The notes beneath the pieces are model-generated. The model ran no database searches. It was not told where the DNA came from and was given only the letters and a program-made list of their open reading frames with translations. Made by a program: the position numbers and the translations under genes. A DNA stretch of 63,923 bases, counting the filler, from Reclinomonas americana ATCC 50394 (taxonomy: Eukaryota): the NCBI GenBank assembly GCA_048213135.1. It is 16 parts of 16 records of this genome, joined end to end, with 100 filler letters (N's around TTAATTAATTAA, not from the genome) between each part and the next. Parts side by side here need not be neighbours in the genome. Positions count along the whole stretch, not along the records: positions 1 to 17,399 come from AFZH01020620.1; positions 17,500 to 19,060 come from AFZH01020622.1; positions 19,161 to 20,494 come from AFZH01020623.1; positions 20,595 to 23,726 come from AFZH01020624.1; positions 23,827 to 30,223 come from AFZH01020625.1; 11 more parts are not named here. One strand, given 5' to 3'. Of the stretch, positions 12,990 to 24,954 are shown piece by piece (the first letter of the stretch is position 1; each line of letters begins with the position of its first letter).

Positions 12990-14150
12990 CTATCTTCTGC
13001 CATCTTGCTCTACTCGCAACAGGACCAGTCGTGCCTCCTCTAGCATGAAACAACGCAACACGATTTCGACCAAACACCATTGCATGCCCTCCTCATCTGC
13101 ATCCTCGTCCATATCCACGTCCGCATCGCTGTCGACAGCTGCGAAATCACATTCAAGCTCGTGCTGCATGTCTTGCACGGTTGACAGTGCGTCACGTACA
13201 GCGACGACCTCCACAGCAGCCAGACCCAGTGGCGTGCCCCACAGTCGAATATCACCGTCGCTCCCTGCACTTACAATGTGCTGCTCATCGCGCGACACGG
13301 CGACGGCACGAACACGGTCCGTGTGTCCAACCAGACACTGAACTTGGTCGCCAGTCAGCAAGCACCACACGCGGACTGTGCAGTCCGCACTCCCACTCAC
13401 CACCTGCCTCGAGTTGGACAGCACAGCCACCGACCATACTGTGTCGGTGTGGCCGCGCAAGCGCATCGCTGGCATCTGCTGACGGTCGCCGGACGAAAAG
13501 TGCGTGCCCGACCACACGCAAACGGTGTGGTCAGCCGAGCCACTTGCCACAAAGTGATCGTTTGCAGACACTGCAATCGACTTGACGCCCTCCATGTGAC
13601 CCAGCAACTCGCATTCCACATCAAAAGTCCACAACGACACCACAGACAGCACGCCATTGTCGGTGCCGCACACCGCCAGGCTCCCACTATGCATCACAGC
13701 AATGGCGGTCACCACGTGACCGTTTCCCGTGATCACTCGCACATTATCTCCTGTCTCCATGTTCCACACATTGATCTTGCAGTCCGTCCCTCCACCTAAC
13801 ACCAGTTGTCGCTCAGCATGCACAGCCACCGACAAGATCCAGTATGGCGCACGTGACGGCGACATCATCAGCATCGGCTGCCGCGCAGTCAGCGACCACA
13901 TACGCACTCGGTTGTCTGCACCGCCCGTTACCAAGTGCTCACTGTCGGGGGTCGACGTCACCGCCAGCACCCAGCCACAATGCGCCTCATCCCAACACTC
14001 CAGCAACTCACCGGACAGCAGCGACCACACACGCAGCGAGCGGTCCATGCTGCCGCTCACAAAGGTGTCTGGGTGCGACGGATGACCACCTGTGGTCGTG
14101 ATTGACACCACTCCTTCGCACGGAATGCAAGCCGAGCGCCGCGTGAACAT
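12990..14150 (-). CDS. Intronless WD40-repeat protein (~7 repeats, acidic C-terminal tail)
   Basis: Uninterrupted ORF from ATG 14150 with repeated GH....V..V.......SGSxDxTVRVW units. Confidence 0.85.
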   Translation of the reverse strand: MFTRRSACIPCEGVVSITTTGGHPSHPDTFVSGSMDRSLRVWSLLSGELLECWDEAHCGWVLAVTSTPDSEHLVTGGADNRVRMWSLTARQPMLMMSPSRAPYWILSVAVHAERQLVLGGGTDCKINVWNMETGDNVRVITGNGHVVTAIAVMHSGSLAVCGTDNGVLSVVSLWTFDVECELLGHMEGVKSIAVSANDHFVASGSADHTVCVWSGTHFSSGDRQQMPAMRLRGHTDTVWSVAVLSNSRQVVSGSADCTVRVWCLLTGDQVQCLVGHTDRVRAVAVSRDEQHIVSAGSDGDIRLWGTPLGLAAVEVVAVRDALSTVQDMQHELECDFAAVDSDADVDMDEDADEEGMQWCLVEIVLRCFMLEEARLVLLRVEQDGRR

Positions 14151-14207
14151 CGATGGGGAGTGAGAAAGCGGACAAGAATTGAGCGGTGTGTCCTGCTTTC
14201 GACGTGA

Positions 14208-16769
14208 ATGGCCTTGGCGGGCAATGTGGACCACGAGTGTCTGCTGACATGGGAGAACCAGCTGGAGCTGCAGCACGACCCGGCGGCTCTGGCGCGCTCG
14301 GGTCGATCCAAGCTGACTGCAAAGATGTGAGTTGGGTGCGAGACTGACTGTTGACAGACATTCCGAACTCTCACCGAAGGACAGTGTGCTGCCGATCGCC
14401 GTGACTGTTGTGCTGGTGGTGCTGGTGATGCACTTCTTGTTGCGCAAGCACGAGATCATGCGGGCACGTTCTCGGTGGATGTTGTGGGCGCAGGTTGGTG
14501 TGTGTGTGCATTGATGACAGGAATGATCGCCTGGCGATGTTCGGATTTCTTGGTGTTGATATCCTTCTTTGCTTGCGCTTCCGTGCAGGCCATGTTTGCA
14601 TTGGGTGCCCTTATTGCTCGACTGGTGACGGCGACGGGATTTGTGGCCGGCGGGCAACTGCACCAGCTGTCACCGACTGCAATTGTTCGTGGTGCTCTCT
14701 CTCTCTCACACACACACACTCACCTGCTGCACTGCACCATGCCACGCCTCGTTGTTCACAGTGTGCATGCGATCGCTGTGTTGTACAGTGGGGCGAACTG
14801 ATTCCTTTCTTGGTCTTCATTCCGCTGGTGTTGGTCATCCCAATTGTGAGTCGTCGTCTGCCGCTCGCCGCATGTCTGCCGTGCACAGCTCTCACTTGTT
14901 GTTGTTGTTTGCAGCTGAGGGCGTTGAGTATGCAAGCGGTGTGGAGCTGATGTTTGTCACGCGTGTTGCTGATTTTCACGCTTTTGTTTGATGCAGAGTG
15001 CGCCTGTGGATAGTCTTTGATGCCGGCCGAGTGCGAGCACAAAGGAGACTATCACTGGTCAGTCTCACCAAGGCTATCGATGGTGGAGCGGAAGCCGAGA
15101 ATATGAATGCAAACACCGCAGTGGTGGCCCGTCTACGTCGTGCGCGAGCGTGGAGGTGGGTTGAGGGTGCGACGAGTTGTGATGCTCATCGAGCGGTGAC
15201 TTAATGACCACCGCTGCGTGCAGCGAGGGGCGCTTCCTGTTGATACTCGCCGGCTTGACTGTCGCGCTCACCATCATGTACGTCCTCGTGTTGGCCGTGG
15301 CCATTGGACCGTTCGTTTCGTTGCATGCCAGCGCGTGTGCGTGTGTGTGTGCATGTGTGTACCTCTCACGCCCTTCATGCACGAATAAGGTACCGATGCC
15401 CACCGAGAGCGAGGAGCAGACTGATATTGTGGCATTTGAGCGCGATGTTCTAGCCTGGTGTCCATTCTTCCACGCGGCCGCCACGAGTGAGAGTAACACA
15501 GTCGTAGCCAGTGCATACACGATTGTCACTCTGAGCGCGGGATACCTGTTGGTGCGCGCTGCAAGAGCATTGCTTGCTGTCTCCCAAGATGGCTGACATG
15601 TGCGTGCGACCTCAGTGTGCCTGGCTCATTCGCGGCGTGCGAGATGTGTTTTCGAACCGTATTGAGTTGCGTGAATGCGCCGACACATAATATCTCATGC
15701 AGGTTGTGACTGACTGTCATGATGCGCGTGTGTTGCTGCTGCACACTGCAGGCTGCTGGTGAACGCGATATTCAGCGTGCCGCTCAGTCTCACAGCCGCC
15801 ATATTGAGTCTGGTCGACTACAAGAAGCTTGTCGTTGGTCCTTTGCAGGTGGCGACCGATGTGATGATGCCGACATTGATTTGTGTGCATGTACTGGTGC
15901 CGATTGTGCTTCCACTGCTGCGACTACGTGCGTGGAACGCGACCCTCAAGGGGTTTTCTCGCGCACGCGAGGGCAGTCAACTCGGCGCAAGTTTGATGGA
16001 CGCGTCGACGACGCAGTTTGAGTACGTGATGAGCACGTCGGAGGCGCGGGAGCAGTTTCGACAGTTGCGCAGCGTACTTGCGAGGCACTGATCGATGAAT
16101 GCACTCACAGTTGTGTTGTGTAGGTATCTGGTCGGCGAGTTCAGGTGCGCACTCTGCCTAGATCTGTGTGCAATGTGCCGTCGTTCCTCAAAAAAGAGCA
16201 TGCTTGCCTCTCAGTGTGGAAAATCTCACATTCATGGACGCCATTGATAAACTCCGTGAGGTGAGGTCTCGTGCAACGCAGCGCAAGTCGCCACTGTCGC
16301 TCTCTCTTTCTCTGCTTCTCGTGTCCTCAGAGAGCACGACATTGCAGATGCCGTCGGCTTCGCGGTCAGCTGCCGATGTTCACCGACACGCGCACGCCAT
16401 GTACGAGGAGTACCTGAAAGAGAATGGTGGAACCCTGATGTGCACCAGCGTTGATGCTGCCCATTCAGTTGCTGACTGCTCGTTACGTGCTCACCAGGCA
16501 TCAGCGAACTGAACTTGTCGGGTGGCATTCTGTTGCGTATTCGACAGGCGTTCGAGGGTGCTCATCAGCCACAGACGTCTCCCACTGAGGGAGTGACTGC
16601 CGTCGTGGAGAGCTACCTGTCGCTCTTTGATGGGGCCGTGAAGAGTGTCATGAGAACGTTGCGTGCCGACAGCTTCCCGCGCTTCGTGGCCAGCCAGGCG
16701 TGGCAGCAGTGGTCATCCGGACATACTGAAATGGTGCGACTTGTGGCGGAGAACGGACTGGTTGGCTGA
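14208..16769 (+). CDS. 7TM-RGS protein (seven transmembrane helices fused to a C-terminal RGS domain), multi-exon
   Basis: Seven hydrophobic segments with IMRARS after TM1 and RGVRDVFSNRIEL before TM6. RGS box FRQYLVGEFSVENLTF...YEEYL...ELNLS...LFDGAVKSVMRTLRADSFPRF. Confidence 0.82.
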
Positions 16770-17042
16770 TGGAGGTGACACGAGATCGACAGCTAGCCAA
16801 GCGGACGAGCCAAGAGGATACACCTTCTGTGGGGTTCGACACCGCGCCAAGTGCTGATCATGAGCGATATCGATCGCAGCTGCCACTCATGATCTGGTGA
16901 CCCGAAACACAGTGTCGTCACTCGTTACCAATACACAACATGCATAGCATTCGATGCACATCTTGCTCTACGCGAAGCCTGCGTCCATGCAGCACGCATT
17001 GATATCGGGTGGATCAAAGTCGGTCGGAGAATTAACCTACGA

Positions 17043-17306
17043 ATGGCAGAGCGCCAGCAGCTGCTCGGTTCTGGCGGCGGTCGCAAGAGCCACTCCTACG
17101 ACATCCAAGTGCGTGCCTCGAAGAGCAGCAGACTGCGTCTGAGTGCGCGTGTGTGACATGTTGTGGCCCTCACACGCACACACACACACACAAACAGGAG
17201 CCAGCACGCGACTATGCGACGCCTGTGCTGCTGAATGAGGACGGTGCGATTGGCGGCGCTCCACCGCCGAAGAAAGAGCGCATCGTGTCGATTGATGGAG
17301 CGCGAG
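17043..17306 (+). CDS. 5' fragment of an HGSNAT/DUF1624-like membrane acetyltransferase (truncated by gap)
   Basis: Two exons give MAERQQLL...DIQ|EPARDY...KKERIVSIDGARG, containing the RxxSxDxxRG motif and an ExxxLL dileucine sorting signal. Not in the ORF track. Confidence 0.45.
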
Positions 17307-17312
17307 GTCAGT

Positions 17313-17396
<84 letters not shown>

Positions 17397-17399
17397 TGA

Positions 17400-17499
17400 N
17401 NNNNNNNNNNNNNNNNNNNNNNNNNNNNNNNNNNNNNNNNNNNTTAATTAATTAANNNNNNNNNNNNNNNNNNNNNNNNNNNNNNNNNNNNNNNNNNNN
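17400..17499. other. Artificial scaffold gap linker (N-run, TTAATTAATTAA, N-run); about 15 copies in the window
   Basis: Near-identical ~100-nt linker with stops in all six frames, also near 19060, 20494, 23726, 30224, 37947, 39765, 41118, 43204, 47119, 49450, 53876, 58863, 61345 and 62726, often next to microsatellites. Confidence 0.97.
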
Positions 17500-18339
17500 C
17501 CAGTGGCCGGCACCGACACTCCCGATATGGTAAGCACTTGGAGGCAGACTCATTTTCTCCTCCTCATCTTCCTCCTCCTCCTCTCTCTCTCTCTCACACA
17601 CACATGCTCACATATCCTCACGTCCCCCACTTCCCCACAGGCAACGGGGTGGTCTATAGATCTAAAGGGCTTCTGAGTCGCCAGATACCGCTGCTTCCCT
17701 TCTAGATCTGCACTTTCTGGTCTTCGTTCGTCAATATTTCTTCACACGCAGTGTGCTCCTCTATGCGTGCGTGCTCGCGCAGTGATGAAGGAGATGAAGA
17801 ATCACAAATATCGATTCCTGTTTTCTCAGTGGAGCTATCGATCGAGGAGGAAGAGGTCGTAGGAGAATTTATGGTGATGTGAGGACGAGCTGCTTTCTCT
17901 CTCTCTCTCTCTGTTCACATGTGAGTGTCGTTCAGCGAGTTGTCCTCTGTGCCTTTGATGGATCACATCGCGGAACACTCAGTACAGCGAGTTGTCTTCT
18001 GTAGTCTCTGCATGCATATGCCTGCCTGTGCTCATTACGATGAAGACTCATCGATCACGAAACGCTGCGCTGCGAGACCAACACCAACTGCACACATGTC
18101 GACAAAGTGTGCACAGCGAGCTCGAGTTGTCTAGTCTCTGCATGGGTACCTGTGCTCTGTAGAGGATCACTTGTCGAGACCAACACCAACTAAAGGCACA
18201 TTTGTCGTCACCAAGTTGTCCTCTGTGTCTCTGCATGCACTATGCAGGCACCATACTAGAGACACTTACTTGTATCGGTGATACACATTCGACTACACAG
18301 TCAATCATGATGTTGCCAGTTGCGGATGTCCATCATATT

Positions 18340-21300
18340 TCATGCAACACTGCCCTCTCCCCGCCGCTGCGCCGCCGCCAACGCCACAATCTCATCACGC
18401 AACGCCTCCGCACTCACCGCCTCCTCGCGCACGGCATTATCGTCGCGAGTGCGCACCGACACACGTCCCTCGGCGGCCTCACGGTCGCCGACCACTGCAA
18501 TGTAGTTGAATTGGAGGAGTTGGGCGCGACGGATGCGCTTGCCAAGTGTCTCGGCCGACGAGTCGACCTCCACGTGCAGGCCCGACGAGTGCAGCAGCTG
18601 TTCGACGGCGTGGCACTGTGCCATGTGTGCGTCGTTGGCTTGCGAGACGGGGAGGATGGCGACTTGGCGTGGGCTGATCCAGACGGGCCAGCGGCCGCTG
18701 GTGTGCTCGATGAGGATGGCCATGAAGCGTTCGACACTGCCGAGGATCGCGCGGTGGATCATGACGGGGCGGCGGAGGGAGCCGTCGCGGTCTTGGTAGG
18801 TGAGGTCGAAGCGGGAGGGCAACTACAGGGGAAGGGAAATTAGGGGAAGGGTGAGGGGGAAGGGGGTGAGGAGGGAAGGGGTGAGGAGGGAAGGGGTGAG
18901 GAGGGAAGGGGTGAGGAGGGAAGGGGTGAGGAGGGAAGGGGTGAGGAGGGAAGGGGTGAGGACGGAAGGGAGTGAGGAGGGAAGGGGTGAGGAGGGAAGG
19001 GGTGAGGACGGAAGGGATGAGGAGGGAAGGGGTGAGGAGGGAGGGGGTGAGGAGGGAAGANNNNNNNNNNNNNNNNNNNNNNNNNNNNNNNNNNNNNNNN
19101 NNNNTTAATTAATTAANNNNNNNNNNNNNNNNNNNNNNNNNNNNNNNNNNNNNNNNNNNNTCTCTCTCGCGCGCGCGCACTTAATCATCATCCCTCCGTC
19201 GATATCTTTGTTTGCCTACTTCCGTCTCTCAGTCCATTCGCGTTCTCCCTCTGTCGATATCTCTGTTTGCCTCCTTCCTTCTCTCAGTTCCCCTCAGTAT
19301 TCGCGTTCTCTCCCTTGAGCTTCTCAGTATCGCACTCTCTCTCTCTCTCTCTCTCTCTCTCACCTGGAAATCCAACTGCACGGTCGCACACTGGTGCTCC
19401 CTCTGCAGCGCATCCCGCACGATAATGTCGATTTTCGGCCCGTAAAACGCTCCGTCGCCCGGGTTGAGGGTCCACGAGAGACCCGAGTTCTCCAGGCACG
19501 ACTGCAGCGCCTTTTCCGCACGATCCCACACCTCCAGCGAGCCGACGTAGTGATCGGGGCGGGTGGAGAAGCGGGCGCTGATCGACATGCCAAACACGTG
19601 GTACAGGTGGCGCACGAAATCGATGCAGTCGGCAATCTCGCCGCCAATCTGCTCCTCGGCGCAGAAAATGTGCGCGTCGTCCTGTCGGAAGAGGCGCAGG
19701 CGCGTGAGGCCGCCGAGGGCGCCACTGGCCTCGTTGCTGCGGCAGGGGGAAGTTGGAGAAGGGAGGTAAGGGAGGGGGGAAAGGGTGTGTGAGAGGAGAG
19801 AGAGAGGGAGAGAGAGAAAAGAGGGGGAGGAGTCAAGAGTGAAGGAGGAGCAGGGAGAGAAGGAGGGAGTGAAGAGCGAGGTGAGGAATGGAGGAAAGGG
19901 GTGGGAGGAGTGGGGTGCGATGAGTTGGGATGGGGTGCAAGGGAAGTGAAAGTAAGGACGGGAATAGTCAGGGATGGGAGTGAGAGATTTAGAAGAGGGG
20001 GAGGAGATGGAGGGAGAGTGGAGAAGAGGTAGGGCAGAGGAGAGGGAGGAAAAGGGGGAGGAGGGAGGGGAGGAAAGGGGTGAGAGGAGTGGAATGGGAT
20101 GGGGAAACAAACACTGGTACTCACCGATGCAAGGGGCTAAAGTCGGCCCATCGCACAGGCAGGTCGCGGTACGACCAGCTGCGGCTCTGGAAGAGCAGGC
20201 AGTGGCCGGGGCAGTTCATGGGTTTCAGACCCATTTCCGCCTCGTGGTCGTGCGGGTGGGAGTGGGAGCAGGCTTCGGTGGTGGTGGGTGGCGTGGTGAA
20301 GGAGCTGACACGGAACATGTTTTCGCGGTAGTTTTCCCAGTGGCCGGAGGTTTGCCAGACCTGTGGGAGGGAGATGAGGGGGACATGAGGGGAAGAGGGA
20401 TAGCGGGGAAGGGGGAAAGGGGGGAAGGTGGAAGGAGGGGGAAGGAGGGGAAGGAGAGGAGAGAGGAGAGGAGAGGAGAGGAGAGGAGAGGAGANNNNNN
20501 NNNNNNNNNNNNNNNNNNNNNNNNNNNNNNNNNNNNNNTTAATTAATTAANNNNNNNNNNNNNNNNNNNNNNNNNNNNNNNNNNNNNNNNNNNNAGGAGA
20601 AAAGAGATGAACGAACGAGAAACGAAGAGACGACGAGAGGAGAGGGAAAGAGAAGAGAGTGGTTGAGAAAGAGAAAGAAGAGAATATAAGAAGAGGAGAG
20701 AAACATGATGAGAAGAGGAGAGACAAGAGATGAGATGCGAATAGACAAGAGATGAGACGAGGAGTGAAGAGAAGAGAGAACTGAACAGAAGAGAAGAGAA
20801 GACAGGAGACTGGAAGACTAGGAGAAGAGAAGAGAAGAAAGAGAAAAAGAGCTGAGAAGAAGAGAAGAGAAGAAGACAAAATTGGGAAAGGAGAGGAGAC
20901 AAGAGATGAGAGAAGATGAGAAGAGACGAGAGAAGATGTGAACAGAACAGAAATGGAGGGAAATGAAAGAGACAAGAAAAAGCAATGAATATGAGGGACG
21001 CGAGGGGACGGAGAGCATTACAGGGGCAAGACACGGGAAAGGGGAATAAATGGACTGAGAAAGTGAGAGACAACAGCTGGAACAAGATGGAGAGAATGCA
21101 CGATTCGCGAGAGCAGTCAATTCGTTGACCACAGCGAGAACTTGAGGCAGAGCTTCCCTCCCCTCACCTCCTTGTTGAAAACCAGCGGCGACATGACCTC
21201 CTGATAACCCCTCGCGCGACATTGCTGCGAATGAAATTCATGAGCAACAACAACACCATCTCCTCGATCTCCATTACAAGCCATGGGGTACCTCGCGCAC

Positions 21301-24300
21301 AAAATCCTCCAGTCTTCGATAGATTCGCGTGCCGTGGGGCGCAAAGAACGCCGAGCCTGGTGAGGCTGGGTGGAAGAAGAAGAGATTCTGCGCCTTGCCG
21401 ACCACGCGGTGGTCGGCCTTGGCACGTTCCTCGCGCAGTTTTTGCCAGTCTTTGAGTTGGGCGGTGGAGGGGAAGGCCACACCGTAGACGCGTTGGACTT
21501 TGGTGCCGTTCTGCGAGGGAGAGAGAGGGAGAAGGGGATGGGGGAAAGGCGGAATGAGGGAGAGGGAGAGGGAAGGGGCAGGGAGAGGGAGAGAGAAGAA
21601 GAGAGAGGAAAGGACAAAAGAAGGGAGGGAAAGAGGAGAGAGGCTGAGAAGAAAGAGATAAGAGAGGCGACGAGATGAAAAGAAAGATATGAGATGTGAC
21701 GTTTGAGTGGGAGATGGAAGAGAGGACGACGAGTGAGAGAGGGAAGAGAGGATGGCGAGTGGGAGAGGGAAGAGAGGGCGACGAGTGGGAGAGGGAAGAG
21801 AGGACGATGAGTGGGAGAGGGAAGAGAGGACGGTGAGTGGGAGAGAGGGAAGAGAGAACGATGAGTGGGAGAGGGAAGAGAGGATGAGAGGGGGAGAGAG
21901 GACGGTGAGTGAGAGAGAGATGAAAAGAAAAGATAAGAGATGTGACGTTTGAGTGGAGATGGAAGAGAGGACGACGAGTGGGAGAGGGAAGAGAGGATGG
22001 CGAGTGGGAGAGGGAAGAGAGGACTGCGAGGGGGAGAGAGGAGGAGAGGATGGAGTGAGAGAGGGAAGAGAGGACGGTGAGTGGGAGAGGGAAGAGAGGA
22101 TGAGAGGGGGAGAGAGGTCGGTGAGTGAGAGATGAAAAGAAAAGATAAGAGATGTGACGTTTGAGTGGGAGATAGAGAGAGGACGACGAGTGTGAGAGGG
22201 AAGAGAGGATGGCGAGTGACAGAGGGAAGAGAGGATGACGAGTGGGAGAGGGAAGAGAGGACGATGAGTGGGAGAGGGAAGAGAGGACGATGAGTAACAG
22301 AGGGAAGAGAGGACGAGGAGTGGGAGAGGGAAGAGAGGACAGTGAGGGGGAGAGGGAAGAGAGGACGATGAGTGGGAGAGGGAAGAGAGGACGATGATGG
22401 AGGCAGGGAAGAGAGGACGATGAATGGGAGAGGGAAGAGAGGACATTGGGGAAAGAAGGACGAGGAGTGAGAAAGAATGGGAGAGGATGCGCGGCCAAGG
22501 GAAGTGAACAGAACGAGAGAGCATGTGTGACAGGGATTACGAAAAGCGATGTGAGGAGTGAGGGATACGCGCGATCTATATCCTCTCTCCCATCCCCCCT
22601 CTCTTTTCTCTCTCTCTCTCTCATGCTCCTCGTCCTCTCTTCCCTCTCTCGCATTCAAACCTCACTCTCTCATTCTGTCTCGCTTTCCCCACCATCTGTC
22701 ACGCACGCTCTCTCCTTCTGGCCTCTCCTCCCTCTCCCCTTCTACCCTCCCAACTCACCAGCGGTCCCGCATCATGCCACTGCACCTCCGACACCCGGGT
22801 CACCGCAAACGCCTTGACGGCGTCGGCCGAGTGCAGGTGCGGACCGCGGCACAAGTCGATCAGGGTGCCGCTGCGGTAGAGCGTCACCTGCTCGGTGGCG
22901 GGGATGCGATCGATCATGGCCAGCTTGAAGGGGTTGTAGGCGAAGAGCTCGCGGGCGAACTCGCGCGACACGAGCATGCGCTCGAAGACCTTGCCGGACT
23001 TTTGGCGGAGAAAGTCGGCGATGTGCTGTTCGAGGGCGCGCATGTCGTCCTCGTGGATGGTGGTATGGGGGGCGGGGAGTTGCACGTCGTAGAAGAATTC
23101 GCCTTCGCGGAGGGGTGGGCCGTCGCAGAGGAGGGCGCCGGGGAAGTGGTGTTCGAGTGACTGCACAAAGGGGAAGGGTGATGAGAAGGGGAAGGGGGAT
23201 AAAAGGGGAAGGGGGATAAAAGGGGAAGGGGGAGGGCAAGGTCAGCCTTTTTTGCAACGAGAATCAGCGCGAGAGAACAGGACTCCAAAGAAGCGGCAGG
23301 GATCAACGCGACAAGGAATGAGAGTGCTCTCACACACACTCAGAACGCAAGTCTACAACATACAGCCCTCCTTCTCTCGCTGACAAGTATGCAGCAACTG
23401 CATACCGCTGCCTCTTCACCCTCAGATTGCACGTCTGCAGCGCAAACATCCCTCTCTCCAAGCTCCAGAACGCAAATCTACAATGCAAACAAGGCGCTCT
23501 CTCCACATCCCACTCACTGTAACAAGTCTGCAGCACAACGAAGTCACTATCACTCCAATACTCAGGACGCCAGCCCACCTCCTCTGAATCCCGTTCAAGG
23601 CACGTCTGCAGCGCCAGCAACGCACACTCCTTCCCATTTCTTCATCCTTCTCTGAATCACAAAGCAAGTCTGCACTACAAAAGGCGATCTCTCCACATCC
23701 CTCTCACCAAATCGAGTCTGCAGCAANNNNNNNNNNNNNNNNNNNNNNNNNNNNNNNNNNNNNNNNNNNNTTAATTAATTAANNNNNNNNNNNNNNNNNN
23801 NNNNNNNNNNNNNNNNNNNNNNNNNNCTACAAAGCGCTGTCTCTCCAACACTCAGAATGCAAGCCTACAATACACAGCCCTCATTCTCTGCATCCCTCTC
23901 ACCATGACAAATCTGCAGCAAGCGCTGTCTCTTCTCTGACTCAGATTGCACGTCTGCAGCGCAAACATGTTCTCCCTCTCTCCAAATCCCAGAACGCAAG
24001 TCTGCAATGCACACAAGGCGCTCTCTCCACATCCCTCTCACCAAAACAAGTCTGCAGCAATTACAAAAAGCGCTGTCTCTCCAACATTCAGAATGCGTCT
24101 ACAATGTAGCCCTCCTTCTCTGCATCCCTCTCACCGTGACAAATCTGCAGCAACTGCATAGCGCTGTCTCTTCTCTGACTTAGATTGCACGTCTGCAGCG
24201 CAAACATGTTCCCTCTCGCCATTCCTCTCTCCAAGCTCCAGAACGCTAGGCTACAATGCAAACAAGGCGCTCTCTCGACATCCCTCTCTCCCTGACAAGT

Positions 24301-24869
24301 ATGCAGCAATTACAATGCGCTGTCTCCTTCTCTCAACTACCCTTGCCCCTTCCCTCCATTCCCTTGTCCCCTCCCACTTCCCTCCACCCACCATTCCCAA
24401 CAAATGCGCACTGGAATGCGCAAAAACGAACTCCCCCTCCGGCGTCGCATACCCGCGCGCTTCCACCGTGACTAAACCGCCATCACTGCTCAACGGCCGC
24501 GACAGATCAACCAACTGCTTTCCACGTCCATCCGTGTCGCACGAGGCCACAATCGCCGATTTCACCACCGACAATGGACAGACAGCTGATGAACAGATCA
24601 TCAATAATGACTCCTTTTGAAGGGCGAGAAAGAGAGAGAGGGAGACCTTTGAGGGCATCATACGCAGTCAATGCGCTCACGATGCGCTCTTCTTCTCCGC
24701 CTGCATTTTCAACACGAACGCGAACTTGTGCGGGTTGTGATTGTTGTTTTTGGCGCGAAAGCTCTGCTTGCCAGAGGCGCTCGCGATGGGCGATGATGGA
24801 GGAGGAGGAGGAGGAGGAGAAAAAAGAGATGCGCGAGGCCAGAGAGTGGCCTGTGCGCGAGAGGAGCAT
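18340..24869 (-). CDS. Threonyl-tRNA synthetase, probably mitochondrial (TARS2-like), multi-exon across gaps
   Basis: [102 protein letters not shown]. The N-terminus [20 protein letters not shown] resembles a mitochondrial presequence. Confidence 0.93.
18850..19059. repeat. 15-bp G-rich minisatellite (GAGGAGGGAAGGGGT)n in a ThrRS intron
   Basis: About 13 visible tandem copies running into the gap. Confidence 0.9.
21700..22445. repeat. ~26-bp purine-rich minisatellite (GAGTGGGAGAGGGAAGAGAGGACGAT)n in a ThrRS intron
   Basis: Many near-identical tandem units, plus a higher-order repeat GATGAAAAGAAA..GAGATGTGACGTTTGAGTGG seen three times. Confidence 0.85.
23330..24330. repeat. Degenerate intronic tandem repeats
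   Basis: Recurring AAGTCTGCAGCA, CAGATTGCACGTCTGCAGCGCAAACAT and GGCGCTCTCTCCACATCCCTCTCAC blocks. Confidence 0.7.
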
Positions 24870-24954
24870 TCAAGGGGCGGAGGACGGTGCAGGACGTGGC
24901 GGTGGTGTGGTGGGTGGTGCAGGCGTGCTCTGTGAGTTGACTGGACGAGTGTGC

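Noticed and set aside
14151..14663. 170-aa N-terminal extension of the 557-aa WD40 ORF
   Set aside because: It is the antisense of the first 7TM-RGS exons and introns; ATG 14150 directly precedes the first WD repeat.
17444..17455. Recurrent TTAATTAATTAA palindrome as a biological motif
   Set aside because: Always centred in fixed-length N runs; it is a six-frame-stop assembly linker.
21117..22658. Long S/L/P-rich ORFs (513, 496 and 416 aa) and similar ORFs at 28.2-29.3, 43.9-44.7, 48.4-49.5 and 62.8-63.3 kb
   Set aside because: Stop-poor CT/GA low-complexity intron sequence open in several frames at once; only embedded exons are coding.
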